Assembly (NCBI RefSeq): GCF_902713615.1
Contig: NC_052151.1
Location: forward strand, 50,010,033-50,074,032
Reading direction: 5' to 3'
Origin: Scyliorhinus canicula
Lineage: Eukaryota
DNA length: 64,000 nucleotides
Positions 49,999-62,640 of the stretch are shown piece after piece; positions within the stretch are counted from its first letter, which is position 1, and each line of letters starts with the position of its first letter. The notes below the pieces were generated by a model, which was given only the letters and a program-made list of their open reading frames with translations, was not told the DNA's origin and made no database searches. The translations under genes and the position numbers were made by a program.

Positions 49999-51208
49999 TT
50001 AATGTGCCTTTCAAGAAATAGAAGATAGCAACCCTTCCTCTGCTCAAAAAGCCAGGTTCCATTAAAATTATTATTTTCCCAGTGATGATCTATGGTTCAA
50101 CTAACACTGATTGAGACTGTATTACTCAAAGATTATCCACTTGCAGGAAATAATTAATTACCACAAAATAAAACTTCCTTTACAGAAGGGTGTCTTATGC
50201 CTCCCTTATCAAGTTCAATGCATTTTATCCAACTAGATCTATCACTTCCACTTGGTATATTCGCAACTCAGGGTGCACTTATCAAATTGTTTTGCCATTG
50301 CGATCAAACTGGCATTCAGGATAAACCAAGGTATGTTTATATTCTAAAACATTTATGCAATAACTCAGTAACCCAATTTTCTCCTTGCCGCTCATGCTGT
50401 TCATAACAATTTGTTTGAAGACAGGATTGTTGCGTTGTGTGTTTTAAATTCAATATGGAAAAGCAATATGTTTTGGAAAGGTGGAATTGACTTTCCTGAG
50501 AGGATTGAGGAAAAGCAGTATCTTTTCTTTATGAGATTTACATGATGAATGGCACTCCATTATTTTCTTCCCATTTACAAGAAATGCAAGAACTTGAGTG
50601 TAATCAGTATTTTAGATTTCTATTTTTCCATTTCTAGGTAGCCAAGTCGGAAAAGAGCTTGTTATATCTCTCAGATGAATATAACATAATGAATATTTCA
50701 CTTCCTTCTGCATCAACTCCTCGAACTCAAAATCTAACTGAACTTGAATCTTAAAGAAGCTATCATTTTTTTTTCCCAGTAGAACCATATCATCTGTAAC
50801 TCTGAGATATTGTTCATGCATGATTCCACACATCATTTTGAACTGCTAATGCATCTGAGTCAGATCGGATTGTGGTATCCATTTTAGGATCCTGTAGTTC
50901 CCGCAGTAATATTATCAAAAGTCCTCCTCCCTCTGATCTCATTGTTACTTCATGCTAATCACAACATCTACCTTCATGTATTAGCATTTCACTTGTTGGT
51001 GACATCTTATTTGTTACCATTTTACCACACTAAAATGCACCTCTCTCCACTCTTCTCCGTCTTTCGTGCCATTTTCTCTTTTTTTTACCTTTTTTTTAAC
51101 CTTGTTAAATTTTTCATTTATCCTGACTTTCTTAACTTTTCATTCACTGTTTCCCATTTTCTTCACTAAAGCTGGTGATTCATGATTAATCTCCACCTTC
51201 AAAATAGT

Positions 51209-51853
51209 TACACCATGACACGTGAGAACACCACCCACCAGGTACGCGGTACATACTCGTGCGACTCGGCCAAGTCGCTGCAGGAAAGGATGTCCCGAAG
51301 CGTGGTACATTGGCGAGACCATGCAGACGCTGCGACAACGAATGAACGGACATCGCGCGACAATCACCAGGCAGGAATGTTCCCTTCCAGTCGGGGAACA
51401 CTTCAGCAGTCGAGCGCATTCAGCCTCTGATCTCCGGGTAAGCGTTCTCCAAGGCGGCCTTCAGGTCGCGCGACAACGCAGAATCGCCGAGCAGAAACTT
51501 AAAGCCAAGTTCCGCACACATGAGTACGGCCTCAACCGGGACCTGGGATTCATGTCGCATTACATTCACCCCCCACGATCTGGCCTGGGCTTGCAAAATC
51601 CTACCAACTATCCTGGCTAGAGACAACTCACACCTCTTTAACCTGGGGTACCCCTCTCTCTGGATGTGTAAAGATTCAATTACCTGCAAATGCTCACATT
51701 CTAAGCATTGTCTGGCATCTTTGAATTTGTGTATATATATATATGTTTCTGGAACATACCTCTTCATTCACCTGAGGATGGAGCAGTGCTCTGAAAACTA
51801 GTGTTTGAAACAAACATGTTGGACTTTAACCTGGTGTAAGACTTCTTACTGTG
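51209..51853 (+). mobile_element. Penelope-like retroelement 3' fragment: GIY-YIG endonuclease C-terminus plus pseudo-LTR
   Basis: TRENTTHQVRGTYSCDS/RCRKGCPEAWYIGETMQTLRQRMNGHR...GEHF...EQKL..KF....GLN: YIG motif plus conserved R, H, E and N; the first motif is lost in a frameshifting deletion. Followed by a 3' UTR and a hammerhead-bearing repeat. Confidence 0.9.
51767..51803 (+). ncRNA. Minimal type I hammerhead ribozyme motif (slightly degenerate)
   Basis: UUCAC-CUGAGGA-U-GGAGC(AGU)GCUCU-GAAA-AC-U-A-GUG; the stem III palindrome is broken (AACU). Confidence 0.6.
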
Positions 51854-51919
51854 TTCAAAAAAGTAGTTGCACTACAGAATCACTAATTTGCTGGTTGGTA
51901 TGTAAGAGACAGAAGTTAC

Positions 51920-52148
51920 CTACAGAGATGTCATAATATATTATACAGGCACAGAGATACCATAAAGACACAGAGATATCATACAGATACAGAAATATCA
52001 TACAGACAGAGAGACAGCATGGAGACACAGGGATATCACACAGACAAAGAGATATCATACAGACAGAAATATCATACAGACAGAGATATCATACAGACAC
52101 AGAGATATCATACAGACACATACATATCATACAGACCCAGAGATATCA
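51920..52148. repeat. Minisatellite (~18-20 bp unit CAGAGATATCATACAGA(CA)), left half
   Basis: Tandem degenerate units; the array continues at 55684-55790 beyond the CR1 insertion. Confidence 0.9.
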
Positions 52149-52793
52149 GGCCAACACAAAGAAGCTGTGCGCAGGTGAAGGAAACACATCCTGAGTGAGT
52201 GAGACACAACCAGAGTGGGAATTGGAACTTGGTAATTTGGCGCAGTGTGGTAATTCGGCGCAGAGTGGGAGGAGGTGCTGTTTCCCTTTTTGTTCTGTTT
52301 CCTTCGTTTGGCTTTGTAACTGGTAATCAGCAGGGAGAGGTCCAGAGTGCATTCTGGGAAGTAGGGAGAAAAACAGGGAGCACCCTGGGAAGGTAGGTGA
52401 TATAAAATCTCACCCCCAGGTTCCAGCGGCCTTCATTTTCGGGAGCGAGGGAGAGAGCCGGGGAGAAGCTTGGGAACAGATAAGTGATAGATATTCTGCT
52501 ATTCTGATGATCCAACTGGGGGGGTGGGAAATGAAAAGTGACATCACAGGGAAGCTGTGACCTGATTTGCTGACAGGGAATCTGCACTAAATTTAAAAAT
52601 TAAACATTGTTAAACTAATTAAACATAATTAATTGCTTAATCATAATTTAGAGGGGTATCTAAGCCAGACATCGGAGAGTACTGTATTTAACATTTATAT
52701 TTATAGTAGAAATCTAGTGCAAGGAAACAAAGAGTTAACAGTAACTTTTTAAAAAATTTATTTTTTAATTTAATTTACTAATTAATTCATGCA

Positions 52794-53713
52794 ATGTCAA
52801 TTAGAGGGGTGCAGTGCTCTGACTGTGAGATGTGACAGGTCCAGGAGGCTTCCAGCGTTCCGGATGGATACATCTGCAGAAAGTGTACCCAACTGGAGCT
52901 CCTCACCGCATGGTTCGGTTGCAGCAGCAGTTGGATGCACTCAGGAGTGTGCAGGTGGCAGAAAGTGTCATAGATAGCAGTTAGATAAATGTGGTCATAC
53001 CCAAGGTACAGGCAGAGAACTGGGTGACCACCAGAATGGGCAGGCAGTCAGTGCAGGAATCGCCTGTGGTTGTCCCCCTCTCGAACAGGTATACCCCTTT
53101 GGATACTGTCGGGGGGAATAGCCTATCAGGGGAAAACAGCAGCAGCCAGAGCAGTGGCACCATGGCTGGCTCTGATGTTCAGCAGGGAGGGTCAAAGCGC
53201 AGAAGAGCAATAGTCATAGGGGACTCTATAGTCAGGGGCACAGATAGGTGCTTCTGTGGACGTAAAAGAGACTCTAAGATGGTATGTTGCCTCCCTGGTG
53301 CCAGAGTCCAGGATGTCTCAGAACGGGTAGTGGGTATCCTGAAGGGGGAGGGAAAACAGGCAGAGGTCTTGCTATATATTGGTACTAACGGCATAGGCAG
53401 GTAGGGGGATGAGGTCCTGCAACAGGAGTTCAGGGAGCTAGGATGAAAGTTAGAAGACAGGTCCTCAAGGGTTGTAATCTCAGGATTACACCCTGTGCCA
53501 TGTGCCATTGATGCTAGAAATAGGAAGATAGAGCAGTTAAACACGTGGCTAAACAGCTGGTGTAGGAGGGAGGGTTTCAGTTATCTGGACCACTGGGAGC
53601 TCTTCCAGGGCAGGTGTGACCTGTAAATGAAGGACGGGTTGCATCTAAACTGGAGAGGCATAAATATCCTGGCCGCAAGGTTTGCTAGTGTCACATGGGA
53701 GGGTTTAAACTAG
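52794..53713 (+). pseudogene. CR1 ORF1 (CxxC...CxxC zinc-finger/leucine-zipper region plus SGNH esterase), disrupted
   Basis: MSIRGVQCSDCEM*...YICRKCTQLELL; VIGDSIVRGTDR...CCLPGARVQDV...IGTN; several in-frame stops. Confidence 0.85.
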
Positions 53714-53847
53714 CAAGGCAGGGGGGTGGGTACCGCAGCAATAGGTCAGAAGGTGAAAAAATTGAGGGAGAACTAGGAAATAGGGCCACTATGGCTCTGA
53801 GGAAGAGCAGAAAGGGAGATGTTGCTGAAAACAGTGGGACTGGTGGC

Positions 53848-55683
53848 CTGAAGTGCATTTGTTTTAATACAAGAAGTATAACAGGCAAGGCAGATGAACT
53901 TAGAGCCTGGATTAGTACTTGGAACTGTGATGTTGTTGCCATTACAGAGACCTGGTTGAGGGAAGGACAGGATTGGCAGCTAAACATTCCAGGATTTAGA
54001 TGTTTCAGGCGGGATAGAGGGGGATGTAAAAGGGGTGGCAGAGTTGCGCTACTGGTTAGGGAGAATATCACAGCTGTACTGCGGGAGGTCACCTCAGAGG
54101 GCAGCGAGGCGATATGGGTAGAGATCAGGAATAAGAAGGGTGCAGTCACAATGTTGGGGGTTTACAACAGGCCTCCCAACAGCCAGCGGGAGATAGAGGA
54201 GCAGATAGGTAGACAGATTTTGGAAAAGAGTACAAAAAAACAGCGTTGTTGTGATGGGAGACTTTAACTTCCCCAATATTGACTGACACTCACTTAGTAC
54301 TAGGGGCTTGGATGGGGCAGAGTTTGTAAGGAGCATCCAGGAAGGCTTCTTAAAACAATATGTAGATAGTTCAACTAGGGAAGGGGCGGCACTGGACCTG
54401 GTATTGAGGAATGAGCCCGGCCAGGTGGTAGAAGTTTCAGTAGGAGAGCATTTTGGGAACAGTGACCACAATTCTGTAAGTTTTAAAGTGCTGGTGGACA
54501 AGGATAAGCGTGGTCCTCGGGTGAATGTGCTAAATTGGGGGAAGGCTAATTATAACAATATTAGGCGGGAACTGAAAAACATAGTTTGGGGTGGATGTTT
54601 GAGGGTAAATCAACATCTGACATGTGAGAGGCTTTCAAATGTGAGTTGAAAGGAATTCAGGACCAGCATGTTCCTGTGAGGAAGAAGGATAAATGTGGCA
54701 AATTTTGCGATCCTTGGATAATGAGGGATATTGGAGGCCTCGTCAAAAACAAAAAGGAGGCATTTGTCAGGGCTAGAAGGCTGGAACAGACAAAGCCTGT
54801 GTGGAATATAAGGAAAGTAGGAAGGAACTTAAGCAAGGAGTCAGGAGTGCTAAAAGGGGTCACGAAAAGTAATTGGCAAACAGGGTTAAGGAAAATCCCA
54901 AGACTTTTTACACGGACAATAAAAGCAAGAGGGTAGCCAGGGAAAGGGTTGGCCCACTGAAGGACAGGCAAGGGAATCTATGTGTGGAGCCAGAGGAAAT
55001 GGGCGAGGTACTGAATGAATACTTTGCATCAGTATTCACCAAAGAGAAGGAATTGGTGGATGTTGAGTCTGGAGAAGGGTGTGTACATAACTTGGGTCAC
55101 ATTGAGATCCAAAAAGACGAGGTGTTGGGTGTCTTGAAAAATATTGAGGTGGATAAATACCCAGGGCCTAACAGGATCGACCCCAGAATACAGAAGGAGG
55201 CTAGAGAGGAAATTGCTGAGGCCTTGACAGAAATCTTTGGATTCTCACTGTCTTCAGGTGATGTCCCGGAGGACTGGAGAATAGCCAATGCTGTTCCTTT
55301 GTTTAAGAAGGGTAACAAGGATAATCCAGGGAACTACAGGCCAGTGAGCCTTACGTCAGTGGTAGTGAAATTACTGGAGAGAATTCTTCAAGACAGGATC
55401 TACTCCCATTAGGAAGCAAGGGGTCGTATTAATGAGAGGCAGCACGGTTTTGTGAAGGGGAGGTCGTGTCTCACTAACTTGATAGAGTTTTTCGAGGCGG
55501 GCACAAAGATGATTGATGCAGGTAGGGCAGTGGATGTTGTCTATATGGACTTCAGTAAGGCCTTTGACAAGGTCCCTCATAGCAGACTGGTACAAAAGGT
55601 GAAGTCACACGGAATCAGAGTTGAGCTGGCAAGATGGATACAGAACTGATGAGGTCATAGAAGGCATAGAGTAGCAATGGAAG
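53848..55683 (+). pseudogene. CR1 ORF2 (APE endonuclease plus N-terminal part of RT), disrupted and truncated
   Basis: CFNTRSI...DVVAITETWL...GVYNRPP...GNSDHN; PGNYRPVSLTSVV; DVVYMDFSKAFDKVPH; frameshifts. Confidence 0.92.
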
Positions 55684-55790
55684 GACCCAGAGATATCATA
55701 CAGACACAGAGATATCACGCAGACACAGACATAGCATGCACACAGAGAGATATCACACAGACACAGAGATATCATGCAGACACAGAGATA
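55684..55790. repeat. Minisatellite, right half
   Basis: Same AGAGATATCA-containing unit as 51920-52148. Confidence 0.85.
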
Positions 55791-55809
55791 TAATTGGTAG
55801 AATACTTGA

Positions 55810-56228
55810 TGGCATGGTGGCACAGTCGTTAGCACTGCTGCCTCACAACACCAGGGACCCGGGTTGGTTTCTGGCCTTGGGTAACTGTCTGTGTGGAGTT
55901 TAAACATTCTCCTAGTGTCTACGTGGGTTCCTCCTGCATGCTCTGATTTCCTCTCTCAGTCCAAAGATATGCAGGTTGGTGAATTTAGTTTAGACGGGCA
56001 GCATAGTCGGCGCAGGCTTGGAGGGCCGAAGGGCCTGTTCCTGTGCTGTACTTTTCTTTGTTCTTTGTTTGGATATATGCATGAAGATATTGATATATGA
56101 TCAATGCGCAGAGTTATGGGGATGGGGCAGGATGGTGAGCCTAGGTAAGGTGCTCTTTTGGAGGGTCAATGCAGGCTCGATGGACCAACTGGCCTCTATC
56201 TGCACTGTTGGGATTCTATGATTCTATG
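55810..56228 (+). mobile_element. HE1-type V-SINE with internal CR1-tail insertion (~55980-56070)
   Basis: Head and V-domain to ~55977; inserted GGGCCGAAGGGCCTGTTCCTGTGCTGTA; SINE tail ends ATTCTATGATTCTATG. Confidence 0.75.
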
Positions 56229-57917
56229 AATAGATAAGAGTGAACCAGGGGATGTGGTGTACTTGGATTTTCAAAAAGCTTTTGGTAAATTCTCACATAA
56301 GCGATTAATTCTCACAGTGGCTGCCCAACCACAGGGAGCGATTCATGTCGGTCAATGCCTGGCATCCTCGAAGCCCTCAGGATGTCTTCATTCTGTGGCA
56401 GTCCACTGTGCTGTCATGTGGGAACAACCATTACCACCAGGTTTTCAGCGAACAGACAGGAAGAAGGAAACAAAGGCAATCGATTTCTGCCCAAGAGTCC
56501 ACATTATGACCCATGCACTTACTTTTGGGAGCTATCCACATCAAAAAGAGTTTCATATTTCCAGTTCAGACAGAGGGAGCGGTGGAAGGAAGATAGTTTC
56601 TTCCATGATAGCTTTAAATTTGAAAGCAGGTTTGTATCAGTTTTATCCCATTCCACGTGTGCGACCTAACACTAATTTAAATTAAATTGAAAATTTTCCT
56701 GAGAAATACTAAAATCAAGGCTTCTGTACCATACGGATTCATTTACACTGAGTGGCAAACATTGAATTGTGGTTTTGAGTTAGGGCAGTTTAATGGGACA
56801 GAGTATAGTTAGCTCCATGCAGCGTCTGCTGTAGCCAACCAGGGAGTGCCTGATACTGATAAAGGGAAACAAAGTCAAAAATTTGATTCATTCCCTAACT
56901 CTCTGTTTCTTTATCTCTTTCTCCACCCCCCCCCCCCCCCCCCCCACCTCCCACCACCACCACCACCACTATCCATTCACTAACTTCTCTTGTATTGCTG
57001 AATATACAAATTCAGCAAATAATTATTTTGTTTCAAAGATAAATTGAGGGAACTCCAGAGATGAAAATGTTTGGCATTCCAAACAATCCTCCTGCCGAGT
57101 CTTATCTTAAATGCAACCTCAAAATTAGACTGAAGGAGGTTGTAAAGTTTTAGTCAATCTATTGTTTGCACAAAAACATATGTAGTGGAAAGTTATTGCA
57201 TCACCATTCATTTGGGTAGAACCCAATGATGAATTTATTTTACAGCTTCGAGAAAGACACAGGATATTACATTTGACTGTCTCTGTCAAGCTTCTTTTGA
57301 AAACCATTCAAAAAATGACTTGAATTATCTGGAGGATTGATGAGGATGAAGCACAGACGCACACGTGGACTGACCTGATAACTTGACGAGAGAGATAAAG
57401 CCATACACTGAATGTGCCCTGTGCAGATTTGGAAGGGACTCAAATGCAATATCTAAAGAGCAGCCTGCCCCGCAGCAGTGAATCAGTTTAATTTGTAAAG
57501 CAATCGTTTTTTATCGGATTGCATCAATGCCAATTAATGCTGAATTGTGGACCATTTTATGGTGCAGACACCATACCATCAGATTCAGCATTCATTTTGG
57601 TCAAAGTCAACAAGTTTCAGGTTCAATGGATTTGAGTTGAATTTGAACATCACCGCCCATGTTTTGGGTATTTATCGTGTTCCTAAAACTTGGCTGGGGT
57701 ACAATAAAAAGGGGTCATTTTAAAATAAAGAAATCTCTGTAAGGAACATCTGTTTCATTGTTCAACCCTTTAGGATCATCAGTAGAACAAGTAAAAAATC
57801 TCCACCTTTGCTGTATTGAAAAACACTCCTCAAGCACAAAGGATTTCAAATTGTTATCTACATTCAGCCAGGAATATTATTGAAAATACTAATAATAATC
57901 TAATAATCTTTATTATT

Positions 57918-58244
57918 GGGCAGAATGGTAGCACAAGTGTATCACACTGTGGCTTCACAGCGCCAGGCTCCCAGGTTCGATTCCTCTCTGGGTCACTGTC
58001 TGTGCAGAGTCTGCACGTTCTCCCCGTGTCCGCATGGGTTTCCTCTGGGTGCTCCGGTTTCGTCCCACAGTCCAAAGACATGCAGGTTAGGTGGATTGGC
58101 TATGATAAATTGCCCTTAGTGACCAAAAAGGTTAGGACGGGTCACTGGGTTACGGGGATAGGGTGGAAGTCAGGGCTTAAGTCGGTCAGTGCAGACTCGA
58201 TGGGCTGAATGGCCTCCTTCTGCACTGTATGCTCTATGTTCTAT
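57918..58244 (+). mobile_element. HE1-type V-SINE
   Basis: Complete copy with CR1-type tail. Confidence 0.9.
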
Positions 58245-58534
58245 TGTCACAAGTAGGCTTATGAACACTGCAATAAAGTTACTGTGAAAAGCCCCTAATT
58301 ACCACACTCCGGCAGCTGTTCAGGTATACAGAGGGGGAATTCAGAATTTCCAATTCACCTAACAGCAAGTCTTTCAGGAATTGTGGGAGGAAACCGGAGC
58401 ACCTGGAGGAAACCAACGCAGACAAAGGGAGAACGTGCAGACTCCGCACAGACAGTGATCCAAGCCAGGAATCGAATCTGGTACCCTGACACTGTTAAGT
58501 ATCAGTGCTAACCACTGTGCTACCATGCTGTCCC
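58243..58534 (-). mobile_element. V-SINE with non-CR1 tail
   Basis: Same structure as 1445-2446; tail read on + as ATTGTCACAAGTAGGC...GTTACTGTGAAAAGCCCCTA. Confidence 0.85.
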
Positions 58535-58797
58535 TATTATTGAGAATATTACTGAAATGATTAGCTTTTCCTACAGGAGCACATGCAAGTGACAGCTGAT
58601 CATGGTGACCTTTGTGCAAATAGGTTCTTGTCATCTAACATCTAAAGTGAGGAGCTCAACAATTCTTTAATTTTCACAATGAAATAGTTCTTAACGAGCA
58701 TGTAAAAATGTCTTGTCTTCCTTTGTGCGTGACGGAAATATTGGTGAAGGAACCTGTCAAACTTTGATCATTGAACAGACTCATTGGTAGGATTTTA

Positions 58798-59138
58798 GGG
58801 ATGGCATGGTGGCACAATGGTTAGCACTGCTGCCTCACAGATCCAGGGACCCGGGTTTGAATCCGACCTTGGGTGACTGTGTGGAGTTTGCACTTTCTCC
58901 CCGTGTCTGTGTGGGTTTCCTCTGGATACTCCGGTTTCCTCCCACAGTCCAAATATGTGCAGGTAAGGTGGATTGGCCTTCATAGAAATTTCTCCCTAGT
59001 GTCCAAACAAAAATGTCAGATGGGGCTACTGGGTCAAGGAGATAAAGTGGAGGTGTCGGCTTAAGTAGGGTGCTCTTTCCAAGGGCCCGTGCAGACTCAA
59101 TGAGCCAAATGGCCTCCTTCTGCACTGTAATTTCTATG
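58798..59138 (+). mobile_element. HE1-type V-SINE
   Basis: Complete copy. Confidence 0.9.
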
Positions 59139-59964
59139 AAAATCTCCTTCCCTAAAGTGCGTTAGTGAGCCAGATGGGTTGCCACGACAATTGACAATGG
59201 TTTCATGGTCATCATTAGACTTTTAATTCCAGATTTGAAATTTACCATCTACAGTGGCAAGATATGAACTTGAGTCTCCAGAACATGACTCTGGGTCTCT
59301 GGTTTACTAGTTCTGTGACAATACCACTATGCCACCACCTCCCCATTTGCTGATGGAAGTACGCCCAGGCATTGTGGCTGGTTCCAACACAGTAAAGCAC
59401 AGAAAGCAACATGCCAACTGAACTCCACAGGCTTTAATTTTTATTTTAATGCTGGTGTTGTAAAATATAACCAATGGGGACAATTCCACACTCCCTGTTA
59501 GGAGTAGCACTCACAGAAAGTGTGTTGTGTGAGAGTGTGTGCCTCAACCCTTGATTTTCTCCCTATTAAAAAGAATGGACAGAAAATGATAGGCTGTGTG
59601 CCTGCAATTTAATGCAGCGTATTCACTGCAAGCTATCTGCTCCCGCTGGCAGCGTGGAATTGGCTCTTCTGTTTCTGAAGCAGATTATTAGGGTTCTTTG
59701 CCAAAAATGTACTCAGCATTGAAAACGATAATTTTACAAATTCAAGAATAATCCAATGCCTTGTCAGTGCAAACATCTCCGCTTTTAACAAAAAGTTTAA
59801 CCAACAGTGGATTGTGTACACTTGGAATTGTTGACATCCAAAGGTATTTTGGGGTGCTTTCTGAATTGCATCCTATTTGACGTAGGCTACTTTTTTACAG
59901 CCAAGTACAGGATTAAGTTTGTATTGTTAAAGGTTGTCTGGTACTGCTGCAATCCTTCTTCGAC

Positions 59965-60192
59965 AAATTCCTCCACAGGCTCATCCCTCACCACCTCAGC
60001 AACCATCTCCGGCCTCACAACCATTTCTACGCTCCCAATTCTGACCTCTTGTGCAATGCCGATTTTCAACGCAGCACCATTGGTGGCCATGCCTTCAGCT
60101 ACCCAGGCTCTCAGCCATTACTTTACCTCTCTCTCCTCCCATGAGACATTCCCTAAAACCTATCACTTTGACCCAGCTTTTGGTCACCAATC
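59965..60192 (+). mobile_element. L2-clade LINE 3' coding fragment
   Basis: CACCATTGGTGGCCATGCCTTCAGC (a G.RAFS-like motif) and CTAAAACCTATCACTTTGACCCAGCTTTT (an LKTYLF..AF-like motif). Confidence 0.6.
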
Positions 60193-62024
60193 CCAATGAT
60201 TTGGCTCAGGGATAGATTTCCACTTTTGAGATGGGTACTTGGTGTCGGGAAAATATCCGTTACTGTACGGGAATGGGATTTAGTCAGGCCCACCAAGAGC
60301 AGATCTAAGGAAGTCAGGGGACCGCCGAGCGTCAAAGTCGGCTGTTTTAAAGACCCCCCTCAGTTCTATGGGACTTCATTTCAGTTGCTTTCTTATATTT
60401 TATGTCCTCTAACCCTCACCCCTCACATTCCCCATGTCAGCTCCATGCCAACGCATGCCTCCTCCACTCACTTTCAATGGTCCCTCATTCCCTCCATATC
60501 AACTCATGATACTACCATGCCCATTCACCCAGTATACACTCTGTACAGAACTAATTAACCCCATAGTAGCAATGGAATGTGTGGAACTGTTTCAAAACCA
60601 TTCATTCATAATTTTCTTTTTTTTTTAAACTGCTATTACTACAACCCTGCAAAAGTGCCTATAAACCAGACCTTGGTAAAGTATCAAGAACCAACGCTAT
60701 AAACAGTTAATACCTTTTTATTAAAATTGAGCCATTGCCAAAACAGATCACAGAAGAAATAGCTTATTAGAACAAGATAAAGCTGTCAATGAGGCAAAGT
60801 TCCCATCTCCCAAGTTGTGTCAACAAAGTGAAATTTTTTATGGGAATCTGAGCTCTCAGTCAAGCCTCATTAAATCTTCCACCAGCTCCCCACATCCGGT
60901 CCGACATGGAAAAGCCTTGGCGGACAATGTTGCTTGAAAAAGGGCCTTGGGACATTTTATTACATTAAGGGCATTGTCATAAATGCAAGTTGTTGCTGCT
61001 GACTGAAACGTAATTTACTTCGGTTATGAATTTTAAATGTGGTCTCTGAACTAATGAGCATAGTTGAGAAATGGAACTCTGTGCTGTCATAATACAACAC
61101 AGCCAAGATTAAAGTACACTTACTAAAACAGATGATAGTTGAGGCAATTAGCGTGGAAAAGCTATGCTAATGAAGCTGTAAGGCTTGTTAGGTCATCTTA
61201 ATTATGCATGCAAAACTCTGACTTCAGGCAAATTAAGTAGTACATTGGGAAAAGGTTCAAACTTGGACCACTTTGTTATATTACTGCGACTTGCCATCCA
61301 GATTAGCTGTTGCCGCTGCCATTTTTACATGAACACAAGTTGCTGCAGCCCAAACAGAAAATTGCTGGTAACCGTGAATAGGCCAGTCACCATCTGTAGG
61401 GAGAGCAGACAAATGAATGCTTCAGGCTGCATGGCACTCTCTGCCAGGAACTGGAAGAGGGTCCAGATAAAAAGCATTTAAAAGGCAGCTGAATAAAGAA
61501 AAGGGGACAGTAGAAAACACTGAGAGAAGAAATAGAATGGCCTGTAATGTGTGTAAGTGGGAAACAGGAGGTGGTTAAATGGCTGAAGTAATATTGACGG
61601 GAGACAACAGGAGGCCGAATGAGAGGAATCAAAGACATATAAATAAATAAAGACAAACTGTTAAATCTCCTGCCACACCTCAATGCTGCCTAGTCTGTTC
61701 TCTCCACTGATGTTAATTGTCCTGCCTATCGCTTCAAGAATTTCTTGCGTTTTTAAATCAGATTATGAGCACCCTCTGCTTTGTGTTTATAAGGTTTCTG
61801 CAGTGCTGGTATTTTAATTGAATAATCCTCTCTTCAGCCAAACTATCGGGCAATTATAGTTTTAGGATTAAGTTCTCTCAGCTACTTATAGCTGCTTAAT
61901 AAGATTCAGGTGAGAAAAATAAGCAAATAACTTCCAATATCCAGACAATGTACCAAAACTATAAAAGTAACTAACATAATACGATGAAATAAAGCCAGAA
62001 TTTTCGAATACAGGATAGAGATTA

Positions 62025-62640
62025 GAGGCACGATTCAACGGTCTTGTCGCGCCTGACTTGGAGTCAGTACATGACGGTTGAATACAAGGAGATGCCAAAA
62101 TAGGCCTTTGCGCCAGCCGGAAAACTTTTCTAGAATTACCAGAATCGAAAGGCCCGACGCGATCCGATCTTGCCCAGCCATTAGGTTTATCTAAATATAT
62201 GTTGACCGGATTCACCCGATGCCCAGGATTCAACGGCCAACGTTACTGGTTCACACAAACATGAACCAGATGTGATGGCACTGTGAGGGATCTTGCAGTC
62301 GATTGGAGGCCCCTGGGTGATCAGGGACAAGGCAGGATGACATCCTAGAATTCTCCCTGCCACTGCCAGTCTCGCTCCCTGGCATTGCCAAGGTGTCCGT
62401 GTGGCACTTCCGGGATGCCAGAGGCAATGCCAGGCTGGCAGCGCCAAGGTGCTTGGGTGCTAAGTTGGCAGAGCCAGGGTTAGGGCCCGGAGAGGGGGGG
62501 AATGCTTATTCATAGAGCAGGGGTAGGGGGTTGAGGGCCCCAGAAAAGCTTGGAAGGGTGAAGGGAGGGGGAACAGAAAGGGGGGGGGGGGTGTAAACAG
62601 ATTGTGGCAGCCTTCCAAAATTGTGCCCCCTTCTGCGGGG
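62025..62640. mobile_element. Older Harbinger-like non-autonomous element, left part
   Basis: TIR-like GAGGCACGATTC; interior resembles 16650-17040 in reverse orientation. Confidence 0.45.

Larger units (their letters stand above)
52149..55683 (+). mobile_element. CR1 (HER1-like) LINE with 5' UTR, ORF1 and 5' part of ORF2; 3'-truncated; 15-bp TSD
   Basis: GACCCAGAGATATCA at 52134-52148 and 55684-55698; the element stops inside the RT region before the GVPQGS motif. Confidence 0.9.

Noticed and set aside
50612-50836. Minus-strand ORF with a protein-like stretch (IQVQLDFEFEELMQKEVK) as a possible host exon
   Set aside because: No good polypyrimidine tract, only a weak donor (GTGAAA), no recognisable homology and no partner exons. 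A tBLASTx or RNA-seq check could revive it.
51920-52148. Regularly spaced repeats as a possible CRISPR array
   Set aside because: Contiguous degenerate tandem units without unique spacers, in a vertebrate context: a minisatellite.
59887-60090. Acidic, protein-like minus-strand ORF
   Set aside because: Mostly the antisense reading of an L2 3' fragment.
61430-61790. Possible very old Penelope-like 3' UTR
   Set aside because: The resemblance is too weak; no hammerhead core or clear inverted arms.
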